This document shows, one piece after another, positions 1-11,949 of a stretch of DNA of 64,000 bases (positions are counted from its first letter, which is position 1; every line of letters starts with the position of its first letter). The position numbers and the translations under genes are program-made. A model generated the notes under the pieces. It had not been told where the DNA came from and searched no databases. It was given only the letters and a program-made list of their open reading frames with translations. Where the stretch lies: the NCBI RefSeq assembly GCF_018350175.1, contig NC_058368.1:130264001-130328000 (forward strand), written 5' to 3'. The stretch is from Felis catus. Taxonomy: Eukaryota.

Positions 1-779
1 TTCTGGTGTGAGTGAGCAGCCTCTAGTTAACAGCATGAAGTCTGTTCACATTCTCTGTGCAAAGGGTTACTATATCAACATGTCCGAATCCATCAGTTTT
101 AGAAAAAGGGGAATTATGATTATTCCCTCAGACATACCTCTCAGGAAGCAAAGTAAAATTGAGTTCAAGAGTCAATAAAGTAAAAATTACTGGAGGGAGA
201 GACAGAGAGGCAGAGAGACAGACAGAGACAGAGAAAGGATATATTGAAATCATCACTAGCTTTACGGAGCCAAGTAGTCTTTGTTGCCACTTTTAAGAAA
301 AAATAGTTTAAAAATTCTTATTTCAGTTTTGAAGTTCTTTCTTCTGAAGGCAAAGGCATGGCTAATGAGTCTCACAGAAAGATTGGTAACCTAGGAGGAT
401 ATGCCTTGGGAGTAATTTTTTTTTCTTTCAAATTTGAGATTGAGTCAATAAGGCAAGAGATGCCCTGTAAGGCAGCCAGATGTTCAGTGGCATATTGTAC
501 TTTCTGTGCAGTTTCTTCTAATTCATTTGATTATAGTTGGTTGGTTTTCTTTTGGGTCACCATCTCTCTCCCATCCTTCCAAATTCTTGAAGCAGAAGGA
601 ATACTAGGCCAAGTTGAGTCTACTCTTAGTTGGACACTTGGTGAATCCCTTCTTGGCTGTCCACCCTAGGGTGAGGGCACAGACATCTGCCAAGGGCACG
701 TCTTGAATATCAAGATACAGTGGTTCTTGAGGTACAACTGCCAGGACAGAGGCAAGGATGGGCCTCCATTTGGGTAGTT

Positions 780-1870
780 TCTTTTATTATGTTTTTAGTT
801 CACTGATCTTTTATTCTTTTGCTATATGTAGATAATTTCATTTGGGTTATTTCATTTCATATTGTATATTTTATCTCCAAAAGTTTATTTGGGTGTTTTT
901 ATGTCTTTAGTATTTTCCTTTTCCTCATGCTCTTAGTTTCTCCTAACTTCTTAAACAAGAGAGTATAGAGATAATAGCGGATTATCTATATTACGTATAG
1001 ATATATTCTTAAATGTGTGGACTATATGTATAGAGATATAATATGTTGCTATTTGCTAATTCTATAATTTTTGTCCTTTCTGGATCTGTTTCTATTGATT
1101 GATTTTTCTCATGGTTATGGTTCGTATTTTTCTGATATTTTTGCATGCCTGGTCATTCTAGATTAGATGCTGGATATTGTAAATTTCACGTTGATAGTTC
1201 ATGGATTTTGTCGTATTCGTTTATATATTGTTGGGCTTTGTTCTGGGACATAGGAAAATTATGTGAAATTGGTTTGATCCTTCCAAAGCTTCTTTTAAAA
1301 CTTTGTGTGTGCTGGGTCAGCCCTTAGTCAAGGACTAATTTTTCCCCACTACCAAAGTACTATCTTTTGGAGGATTCTACCAAAGCCCTAGGTATTAGAA
1401 GTATTTTCACTCTGGGTGGTAGGAATAAAAATTTTCCTTAGTCCTGTGTGAACTCTAAAGATTTTTTGCCTACTTCTTCCAGAAAGTTGTTTTCCAGGGC
1501 CTTTGGTGCTTTCTTCTTATATATGAAAAGATCAGTACTCAGCCAAAGACTTTAGGAACCCTTCTGAAGACCTCTGCAGATAACTCTCTGTGCAGTTCCT
1601 TCCTGTCTTTTATTTCATCCCACAAATTCTGGACATCTTGGCCCCTCCAATACCATATTTCTCTCTTCCCAGCTCAGTGAGTTGGTGGAGCTCCGTTTGG
1701 ATTTCTACTAATCTCATTTGTTTCCCTTATTTTCAGGGAGTATGTTTTCCATTACCACGTGTTTCCCAACGTATAAAAAATGTAGATTTTGTTTTACTTA
1801 GTTTCTAATTCAAAATGTCATTTTAAGAATAAATCCAGTTCCTATTACTCAGTTTTGGACTGCAGTGAAA
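780..1870 (-). mobile_element. Ancient L1M/HAL1-like relic (ORF1/5' region)
   Basis: T-rich degraded sequence with phrases typical of old mammalian L1 5' regions in antisense; boundaries approximate. Confidence 0.45.
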
Positions 1871-3599
1871 GTTGGTGATTTTGAACCTCAGTAAAGTTAC
1901 CCTGGCGTGGAAACTGGGCCCTTGGAATAGGTTGAGACAACTGGTCATTGTTCTTTCTGAAGGCTACTTCTAATGGCTGCTCAGGACCCACAAAATCTAT
2001 CCCATTTAGAACTTTTATTGAAAATTATAAAAACTCAGTGAAGCAAATTAGAAAAGTAAATTATATCTAAAAATAAAGTTCACAGATAACATTTCAAGCT
2101 ATTTCCAAGCTTGAAGAAAATAAAACACACTTAGAAGAGTATTTAATTTAGGACATAAATTCGACTTCTTGAAATATTAGAAATACTTCAAGAATTTTGT
2201 AACTCCGTTTAGCACAATTTTTCAATGACATATAGTAACATGGAAGAATTACAAAAGCATAAGGGGCAGGCAAAGAATGAAGTCCACATGATGTTAGCTA
2301 TTTATCTCAGTGAGTTTAATCTGCATTTGTGTTATATGGTGGTACACTCATTTTTGTTTTTATTTGTGCCTGTCAGTAGCCCTATCATCTTTTGGTCAAG
2401 TTAAAAAGCAATACAATTAGAATAGTGCATGGTAGAGTATTAAACTTGCTTTTCTTCCTTACTTGTAGAGCATCATACTTTGCAAAGATTTTGCTTTATT
2501 TTCCCAGCAATCTCCATTTCTCCCTCTGTTCCATTTCTAAGAAAGATTTCTTAGAAACTCCCGTAAGTAGAGAAATCATAAGCTGAAATGCAATTTAATT
2601 CAATTTTGACATGCTTGCTGTGTTCAGACTACTATATGCTATTTAAGACTGCAAAAGAAGTAGAACCCACAGTTTTTGCCTTCCAAAAGTTTGTGCTTTG
2701 CTTGGTGAAATAAGATTCACCTAAATGAAACAGAATAAAGGTAAACCTTAGTTCACATGAGGTAGCCTCCAAAACAATAAGAATGATGACAAACTATAGT
2801 GGATGAGAGTTGGATTAATCAGAAAAATGTTCACGAAAAAGATGTGAGGTATCTGCTGGTTCCTAAAGAAGGTTATTGTCATGGATAATAATAAATAAAG
2901 GCTTGTGTGACAGAAAAGTCACGTAGAGAATAATATAGGAGACGTATATGGGTGTCAGTGAAAGGGAGGGTAGACTTCAGAGCTTGGTAATAACCTTAGA
3001 TATTTGCACTGCAAAACAATAGGAGCCACAATAGTTTCTTAAAGAAGCTGGGATGAATGTGTTATTACAGAGAGATTATTCTTACATGTGTATACAGGAA
3101 TTCTACCTCTAATCCAGATCATTGGTCTGATTTCACACCTACAAATCTAAAATGGTTTGAACTCATGATGTACTTCCCCCACACACATCTTCTAGCACTT
3201 CTGGCACAATGAAAAGAAACCTTTATCATATTGTTACATACACCAGACCTAATAATCATTCTTTTTTGTTTTTTCTTCTCTACCCTCCATGCGGTCACTG
3301 TGGCCTCCCTCTCATTGTTATTTCATACCTTGTGTAGAGTGATCTCTTTGAGCTACACAACTGATCACTTCATGCCCTGCTTACAATCATTTAATGATTC
3401 CTCATTGCTGATAGGACAGTGAATCCATTCTTATTTGACCCTCCAAGGCTGCCTTCTGTATACCTCTCTAGCCTCAACTTGGATCTGTGCATTGGAATCA
3501 CACAGATAGATCTCCCAGTTCCCCAGCTGTACCCTAGTTCCTCCTGCCATGGGGCCTTCTGTGTGTAATTTTCTATACCTTGAATGTTCTTTTTGCCAC

Positions 3600-4113
3600 C
3601 ATGGTGGATTAAAGATGTGCACAAATTCCTCAACACTCCTCCCATTGAGAAATGGAGTCCATTTTCCTTCTGTTGGATCTGGGCTGGACTGTAAATACTT
3701 TGACCAGAGAAGTATAGTGAAGTATCACTATGCCATTTCTGGGACTAATCTTTAAGAGAACCTGTAGCTTCCACCTTAGCCTCATAGAACCTTGAGTTAC
3801 CACTTTAGAAGTCTATCTGTCTGTAGAGAAAATGTGGAAGGGAATAGAGAGAAGGGGAAGATGGAAAGGAGCCCAGGTAAGCCCCATTTTCTAGCTGTTC
3901 CTGTTAAGAATGCAGCCATGTGAATGAAACCATCTTGGACCATCTAGAGCCCAGCTGCCAATTGAATATCCTGGAATAACTGCATTTTATGCCACATGGT
4001 GCAGGAAATTGTTTAGTGAAAGTCTTGATCCACAAATTTGTAAGATATAATGATTAACTGTTAATTTAAGCTACTAAGCTTTTTTTTTTTTTCCTAGTCT
4101 GGTAACTGGAACA
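3600..4113 (+). mobile_element. MLT1-type (MaLR) solo LTR inside an L2-like relic
   Basis: Starts (c)atggtggattaaagatgtgcacaaattc and ends ggtaactggaaca, resembling MLT1G/H-type LTR termini; flanks look like L2 3' sequence (…tgaataaatgaatgagtgaatgaa at ~4340-4365). Confidence 0.65.
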
Positions 4114-6166
4114 ACCACCTCATTCCTGGGGAAGCTAATTCCCCCTATTATATGCTCTCTCATGAAAGTATGGTCTTCTACTTTGTAGCCTTTCCAGATG
4201 TAATTTTATATGTTTGGTGATAATTTGATTTATATATGGCTCTATGATGAAGAAAGAGATTGTGTCATTTTAATGTTTATCATTTTGCCTCTAGCACCTA
4301 ACTCTGTGCCTGGCAGACAATTCTGTTAAAAAATATTGTCTGAATAAATGAATGAGTGAATGAATCCAAGATCAGAAGAAGAAGTTCAAAGCCAGGAAAT
4401 TGAAAGCATTTGTTATAAGACAGAAAGTATATGGTAGCTCTGGTTTCCATTTTCCTTTAAGGGGATGCAAACTGAAAATCAGGTCATACCTAAGTCCTTA
4501 TTCAATTAAATGGAACAAACACCTCCCCACCAAATGTTGTCTTTAGGCTTAAAGGTATTTTGGAGGTACATAAGGAAACATGCATCCTCTTAAAATTATT
4601 GGCTAGGTTTATAAGCAAATTGACTCACTGAGCAATTCAGTCAAATTGGCAGTTAATACAAAAGTCACCAGTTGGCTTGTTCTGTTTGCTAAAAATATGA
4701 GGCATATTGGTTGGTTGAATAAAATAAAGAAATATGTAAAAAGCATGTATCTTTATCACATTTATGTTTTATATTAGAGAAAATGTATTTTAGATCATGA
4801 AGGAAGTGACAACTTTTATATGAAATTTGGCATCTGAAATACTTCCTTTCCTGGAAACCTTAAAATTTATGAAGAAATCAAAGTCATATGAGTGAATTTT
4901 CTGGCAGTTCATATAATATTTATGGATGGAGTGACTCCAGAGGGCTTTGTCTGGCACATTTTACGTTTCTTTCAATCACAAAACAATAGAATCCATCAAC
5001 AAATATTTTAAAAGAAATCTATAGTATATTCTAGAACATGTCGGGCACACTATGACGATCCCTTCCTGCCCCATCTCTACCTGAGGTAGGCTCACTTACA
5101 GGTGCAGAAGGCCTCTCCCTAAAGGCTCGATGCCAGTCCCCCAACCCTCATATCTGCTACACAAGGGCAAAGACCCTGACTCTTCAGCTGTTGGACCCTA
5201 GCACAATGTCAGTCTCGTTAGCATTGACTAACACTTCAGTCCTTTATTTCAAATTGTTTCCCATGGGAAAAACGCCAATCAAGGTATCTGTCAGCATAGA
5301 GACGTATCATGATAGAAGCTGTGTTTAGTCTTGGAAGAGAAGGTGGCAAGATCATGGCAGAAAACTTTTGAGAAGTCATCTCAGAGCCGACTGAGTTGCT
5401 TGTTTACTAATCTTGTCAACCAAAAGCTGAGAAATGTAGCCTAAAGAGATGGTGATTTGTGATCTGTATACTCTCAGACAGGTTGTTTTTAATTCTGTCG
5501 GGATAAATGAGAGGAAAATATTACGTGCAGTGCTATATATGTGCTCTTGAAGAGGTACGAATGTGTGTTCTCTTGCCAAGAATTAGAGTTAATTAGTGTT
5601 ATCCTTACATCGTGTTTATGAACACAATCACGTTTTTGGCCTTGATTTTCTATAAATCACCTCACAGAAAACAAAATAAAGAGACTACAGAGAACTTCAG
5701 TATACCTTTGAAATAAATACAAATGCGTATACTGGTGTATTTCAAGGCAACATTAAACAGACCACTTAATAGCAGTGGTTCCTATTGATGCACAACTTGC
5801 TATTCAGTTTTGTTTTATCATTTATTTATGAACTTGTGAAGTGACATAGGGTATTGCCGGAATGTGATGTGCTTTGTGTAATAGAGAACTACCAACACAA
5901 AAATCCACCGTGCCCACGTGCCTCAGGCTGGACCTTCACACAGTAGTGGAGCCATTGTGGAAATGATTACAGTCTTTTGCTAAACCTTATGCTGGAACAT
6001 TTGGACTGTCTACTGAGCTGTAAGCCTAGGCAACCAAACAGCCATGTCATTTATAAACAGTGAATGAATTTGAGGTTGATGATACTTTTTAATGAGAAAT
6101 ACATTTTATTCAAAATTTTGTCTCGTGGCATTCACTCAGCTTGCTACAAGAACATAATTTTTGTAG

Positions 6167-6361
6167 CAAGGATTCTCAAATTCTGGTTCCTGACCATCAG
6201 TAACATCAGCTAGATGTTAGAAATTCAAATGCTAGAAAATCAAATTCTTGGGCCTTACCCCAGAACTACTGAGTAGGAAATTTGGGCTAGGTCCAGCACT
6301 CTGTATTTTTTTACAAGCCCTCTAATGTGATTCTAATGTCGGCTTAAATTTGAGAACCACA
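6167..6361. mobile_element. MER5A-like hAT-Charlie non-autonomous DNA transposon
   Basis: gattctcaaa…tttgagaaccac inverted ends; internal agaaa…caaattcttgggccttaccccaga. Confidence 0.7.
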
Positions 6362-6383
6362 TTAGAACCACATTCTTTTTGCT

Positions 6384-6617
6384 TTATTTTATTTTGTTTA
6401 TTTTTTTAAATCTATTTTAAAAATATATTAATTTTTTGAAAGACAGTGAGAGAGTGCGAGCAGGTAGGAGGCCGAGAGAGAGGGAGACAGAAAATCTGAA
6501 GCAGGCTCGAGGCTCCACTCGTCACACAGCCTGACACGGGGCTCGAACTCACAAACCATGAGATCATGACCTGAGCCGAAGTCAGACGCTTAACCAACTG
6601 AGCCACCCAGGTGCTCC
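6384..6617 (-). mobile_element. Can-SINE (SINEC_Fc-like)
   Basis: Reverse complement has the tRNA-like head GGAGCACCTGGGTGGCTCAGTTGGTTAAGCGTCTGACTTCGGCTCAGGTCATGATCTC, a CT-rich tract and an A-rich tail. Confidence 0.95.
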
Positions 6618-7341
6618 TGAACTTTTTATTTATATGTATTGTATTGGCACTATTTTTATAGTAAAATTCAGCATAGTATGCATGTCCATAAGAATGTTCT
6701 TAGTAGTTCATCAGTTCATTGTAAGAAAATAATAATTAAAGTATTGAAATATTAAATACAAAGTACACAAAATAATACATTTGTATTAAAGTAAATGAAA
6801 AATAATGTTTCCTTCACAGACGCCAAGCAATTAAGACAGCCCACTCTGTAATTAAACTTTTACTTTATTAGCCTATCATTATTTAAATGGAATAAAACTT
6901 CAAATTCCCTACTTGCTGGATAGAACCGGATAGCCTCAGTGAGCTTCCAGATGTCCACTAGATGTCCACTAGACAATTCATTGGTATGTCTGAGTTTTCT
7001 TCCCTATTATTTAGTGCTTTTTGTCTAACATAAGCTTTTCAGTGCTAATAGATAGCATTGACTCATAGCATTCCACCTGGGATGGATTTCCATTGAAGTG
7101 TTCAGTAACCTAAACTTCTATCCTCTCTTCTCCAATAATATCTCTTCTGGCAAATCTCTGTGAGTTGCAGAAAAAATACCATAGGACCAAATTCATTCCT
7201 GCAAATTCCTTTTTGGAAGTAGGTGCTACTGACACATACTAATCTTAACTGAAGTAACTGAGGCATCATGCAAAAGTAGAGGAGGAATTTTGAAACTACA
7301 AAGGGGCAGGTATTTTGAGTCATACAGAATTTTTCTGACTT

Positions 7342-7571
7342 AAAAAAATTTTTTTAATGTTTATTTTTGAGGGAGAGAGAGAGAGAGAGAGAGAGAGTGA
7401 GAGAGTGAGCCAGGGAGGGACAGAAAGAGAGAGAGACACACAGAACCGAAGCAGGGGCCAGGCTCTGAGCTGCCAGCGCAGAGCCTGATGTGGGGCTCAA
7501 ACTCAGGAACTGTGAGATCATGACCGGAACAAAAGTTGCACACTTAATCAGCTGAGCCACTCAGTCGCCCC
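7342..7571 (-). mobile_element. Can-SINE (SINEC_Fc-like)
   Basis: SINE body plus (GA)n tract; short TSD ctgactt on both sides. Confidence 0.95.
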
Positions 7572-7784
7572 CTGACTTTCTTTAAATTGTGTTGCATAGG
7601 TAACCTTAATTTTGTGTACTTTCCTACCATTTTATGCTCGCATAGCTCCGGGCTGAGTGTTAAGCAGTCAGCAATGGCCTCTTTCTCTGAAGGACTTTTT
7701 GGACATGTGTTAAGAACACACTTTCATGAGGGATCACCTTAATTGGACAATGAGGCCTGTTAAACCACTCATGTAACTTTAGAG

Positions 7785-8350
7785 AAAATTGTGGTAAGAA
7801 CCACATAACACAGTTTACCATCGTGAACCCATTTTGAAGTATAGAGTTCAGCATTGTGAGGTAGATGCATATTGTTGTGAAACAGATCTCCAGAACCTTT
7901 TCATCTTGCAAATCGGAAACTTTGTGCCCATTGAACAACAACTCCCCTTGTGCCACTTCCCCTTGCTCCTGCTAAACTTTGAATATGCCTACTTACGTAC
8001 CTCATATAAATAGAATCATATAGTGTTTGTCTTTTTGTGACTGGCTTATTTCACTTAGCATAATGTCCTCAAAGTTCATCCGTGTCATAGACAGCATTTC
8101 CTTCCTTTATAAGGCAGAATAATATTCTCCCAACCCATAGGTTGTCTTTTCACTCTGTTCATTGTACAGAATGAACATCTGTACATTGTATAATGAATGA
8201 ACATTCATTGTGCATCTTTGATGTACAAGGTGTTTATTCTAATGTAGTCCCATTTGTCTACTTTAGCCTTTGTTACCTGTGCTTTTGGTGTCATACCCAA
8301 GCAGTCCAAGTCCGATGTTAGGAATATTTTTGTCCTTATGTTTTCTTCTC
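7785..8350 (-). mobile_element. Old L1 (L1MB-like) 3' fragment with internal deletion
   Basis: tggcttatttcacttagcataatgtcctcaaagttcatcc and later ORF2 3' phrases (ttgtctttcactctg…ttttggtgtcata). Confidence 0.8.
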
Positions 8351-9621
8351 ACTGTTCCTGTAGTTTTAACTTAAGGAGCTCAATTGTAATTTTTTTTTTA
8401 AATTTTGGCACAGTATGTAATTTTAGTCACAAGTTGTGACATTATGGATGAAATAAGAGAACACACTTGTTTGAGACAGTAGTCTGAAGAAAGAAAGGCA
8501 CAATTCTAAAAATTTCCCATTGTTGAGAGACATTATAAGATGAATGAACTATTTCAAGTCTCTTTTATAATAAAGGCATAATTTCTTTTTTAAACTTAAA
8601 ATTTGCAGATAATATCTTAAAATTTGGTATATACTTTCATATATTGTTTCAAGCAAGGGAGACAGACTTTATTTTTTATTAACCTATAAGACATCTCCTA
8701 TTTATAAAATGCCTGGCTCTGAGAATTTTTGTGTTTCATTCTGGAAAAGTTACAATTGCTAAAATTTCATATTTGGAATATGGTAAAATCAAAAAAATAC
8801 AATCAGTGATCTCAGAACTAGCAATTTCTCAGGGAAAAGCCTGGCTATTTGACAATGAAGAGATGACATTTCAAAATTTAACATTTGTCTATAATTCTGG
8901 AAAAAACCCATCAAACCACCAATTGAAGGGCTTCCGATTTAACAAATGTGACTTTATACTTATTCCCTCTGCAAGCAAAATGTAGGTTCCAAGGTACAAA
9001 GAATTGGCTTATGACAAGCTATTTTCAGAATAAAATGAAACATAAGTAATTTAATTCCGAAGATAGGAAGGGATGCGAATGGAGTGATTTTCTAAAATGG
9101 GCTCTCTTGAATTCTGTGAAATATGTCTAACATAAATGGCTCAGCATACCTTACCCCTCCCCAAACCCACACATAAATCAAAGGAGCACTCCCATTTTTT
9201 ACTCACAGTGTTATCTCTTCATAAAATAACCGATGTTGCAAAAAGAGAGCATGGTAGGATGATTTAAACCTCATTGACAAAGAACAACAGGCAGCCTGAA
9301 TAACGTTTAGTACTCTTTTAATAACACATAAGCAAATAACTCCAGTGAGTTTGGTATGTATTTAAACCTCCTCTGTCTTTTCACTAGGGAGGAAGGACGT
9401 TGAGATTTTTCACAATTCACTGGTAGCAGGAGGACAGCTGAGTAGCTATTGTTCACCTGATTGACAGAGGAGAAGGACAAGTAATGGGCTGACCAGGACA
9501 AAGGAGGTGATAAAAGCTACTTGTGACTTTATGAATGGCATGATAAAAAGTTATATTGTGTACCTTGATTCATCCTGTGTTCCAGGTGCTATTCTAGGTT
9601 CTGGGGATTCATCAGTGAAAA

Positions 9622-9688
9622 AAACCAACCAATCATCCAACCAACCAACCAACCAACCAATCAACCAACCAACCAACCAACTAACCAA
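9622..9688 (+). repeat. Imperfect (AACC)n microsatellite inside an L2 3'-end relic
   Basis: aaccaaccaatcatccaaccaaccaacc…. Confidence 0.9.
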
Positions 9689-10210
9689 GTGCCTGTTCTC
9701 ATGGAATATAGAGGGAATAGGTGGGGGAAGGGAAGCAGGTTTAATCAGTCTGTTGAGATAATAACAACAACAGTAACAATAAAATTGTACACTTAATTTT
9801 AGGACATTTTCATCACTTTTAAAAGAAAACTTGTATGTATTATCAGTCATTCCCCATTTCCCCCCAAACTTACCTGTTCCCTAGAGCTCTAGGTAACCAC
9901 TAATCTATCTGCCTCTATAGATTGGCCTATTCTGGAAAGTTCATATAAATGGGATTATATAATATGGTCTTTTGTGATTGGTTTCTGTTACTTAGAATAA
10001 GGTTTTCACGGTTCATCCATATTGTAGCTTATGTCAGTAATTGGTTCCTTCTTACTGCCAAATATTTCAAATAATATGCCGTTGTATAAATGTGACCCAT
10101 TTTATTTAGCCATTCATCAATAGGTAGACATTTAGGCTGTTTGCACTTTTTGGCTACTATGAACAATGTTGCTATGAACATTTGCCTACAGGCAGTGTAT
10201 ACTGTGTATA

Positions 10211-10901
10211 CAGTAGTTCCCATTTCTCTGCAGGGGTTATGTTCCAAGACCCCAGTGGATGCTGGAAACTACTGATAGTGCTTAACCCTATGTATACCAT
10301 GTGTTTTTCCTATACATGCAAACTTCTGATGAAGCTTAATTTATCATTTAGGCACAGGAAGAAGTTAACAACAATGACCAGTAATAAAATAGAACATTTA
10401 TAACAATATACTATAATACGGGTTATGTAAATATGGTCTTTCCATAAGTATCTTGTACTCACCCTTCTTCTTGTAATGATGTGAGATGACAAAAGGCCTG
10501 AGTGGCTAGATGAAATAAGGGGAATGACACAGGCACTGTGATGTAGCGTCAGGTTACTACTGAGCTTGTGACAGTACATCAGAAGGGAGGTCTTCTGAGG
10601 TACCTGGGTGGCTCAGTCGGTAAAGTGTCTGACTTCGGCTGAGGTCATGATCTTGCGGTTCGTGAGCTGGAGTCCCATGTGGGCCTCTGTGCTGACAGCT
10701 CTGAGCCTGGAGTTGCTTCAGATTCTGTGTCTCCCTCCCTCTCTCTGCCCCTACCCCATTAATGCTCTGTCTCTCTATCTAAAATAAATAACCATTAAAA
10801 AAACAAACAAAGAAAAGGGAGATCATCTGCTTCCAGACCGTGCTTGACCATGGTTAACTGAAAATGCAGAAAGAGAAACCCTGGATGAAGGGAGGCTACT
10901 G
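10211..10901. mobile_element. MER44-type (Tigger7-derived) Tc1/mariner non-autonomous DNA transposon
   Basis: Terminal inverted repeats cagtagttccc…/…ggaggctactg, each flanked by TA (10209-10210, 10902-10903); subterminal gttccaagaccccagtggatgc. Confidence 0.85.
10597..10810 (+). mobile_element. Can-SINE inserted in MER44
   Basis: SINE head, CT tract and A tail; degraded TSD agaagggaggtcttct / agaaaagggagatcatct. Confidence 0.95.
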
Positions 10902-11725
10902 TACTTAGGTTTTCAGTTTTTCTTGGGTATATGCCTAGAAGTGGAATTTCTGGGATATATGATAACTCTGTTTAACTTTTTGAGAATTTGCCAGACTGTT
11001 TTCCAAAGTGCTATACCATTTTACAATGAAGATTCTAATTTCTTCATATTCTCACCAACACTTGTTATCTGTCTTTTTAATTATAATCATCCTAGTGGGT
11101 AGTTTGGTGCTATTTCTAGTTTTATAGCCTGACTTCTGAAAGGTCACCCCTGTGTTTCCATAGCTTATGGATAAGTCACTGACTGGGGCAGAGATTCTGC
11201 TCAGACACTTCAAACGTGTAAGACCCCCCTGCCCGCCTCCGCTCATCTGGTTGAATATGGGTTCATTTAAAGTTGAACCAGTTGACAAGTCTGTCTTGAC
11301 TTTTGTTATGCTTAGCTCTTCTAGTGTTCTCCTGCACATGTACATGTTTTCACAGAGATCCAGGAATGTGTGGAGAGCGCATCTAGCCCTCCCGTGGCTC
11401 TCTCATTTCCAGGATCTCTCCATTAAATTTCTGGTCGTCTGTCACTGTATCCAGAACTACGTATTCAGACTCTAGATGGGTACATTTTCTTCACTTGTTT
11501 TCCTACCTTCACTGTCAGTGTGTCCACGGGGCTTTGCGTCTGCCACCCCAAATCAAATCCTTTTCCTGTGGCCACAAACAGGTGGGTTTTCATGCCCATC
11601 CCCATGCTGGCAAAACTGTCATTCTTAGTAAATGAGCTGGGGAAAGGCAGAAGGAGCAGTCCTCGCTATAGAGGCCTCAGACTGACAGCGGCCTCGTCCA
11701 CATTTCCCACAGTAGTTCATGACTA

Positions 11726-11916
11726 AACGTGTCTTCTTTAGTTGTTTGCCTTTACTCAGTTTCCAGAGTCCTGGTTTAGCTGATTTAGACAATGTTACCA
11801 TTTTATACTTGCTTCTTTGCCAACGTGTCTTCCTTAGTTGTGTGCCTTTAGTCAATATTCAGAGTCTAGTTTGAGCTGACTTAGACAATGTTGCCATTTT
11901 AATACTTGCTTCTTTG
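11726..11916 (+). repeat. Diverged tandem duplication, 2 copies with 96-bp period
   Basis: aacgtgtctt…ttagacaatgtt(a/g)ccatttt…atacttgcttctttg at 11726-11819 and 11822-11916. Confidence 0.9.
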
Positions 11917-11949
11917 GGGGTATAATTTGCTGAACTTTTAGCATGCTTA

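Larger units (their letters stand above)
9755..11110 (-). mobile_element. Old L1M 3' end interrupted by MER44 (10211-10901)
   Basis: L1 3'UTR/ORF2-end phrases at 9755-10208 continue at 10904 (tttcttgggtatatgcctagaagtggaatt…ttgccagactgttttccaaag). Confidence 0.8.

Noticed and set aside
358..669. 103-aa ORF
   Set aside because: No recognisable domain or convincing exon structure; length is compatible with chance
6950..6973. 11-bp tandem duplication agatgtccact x2 (similar short ones near 20043, 22845, 38422, 52863)
   Set aside because: Ordinary slippage duplications
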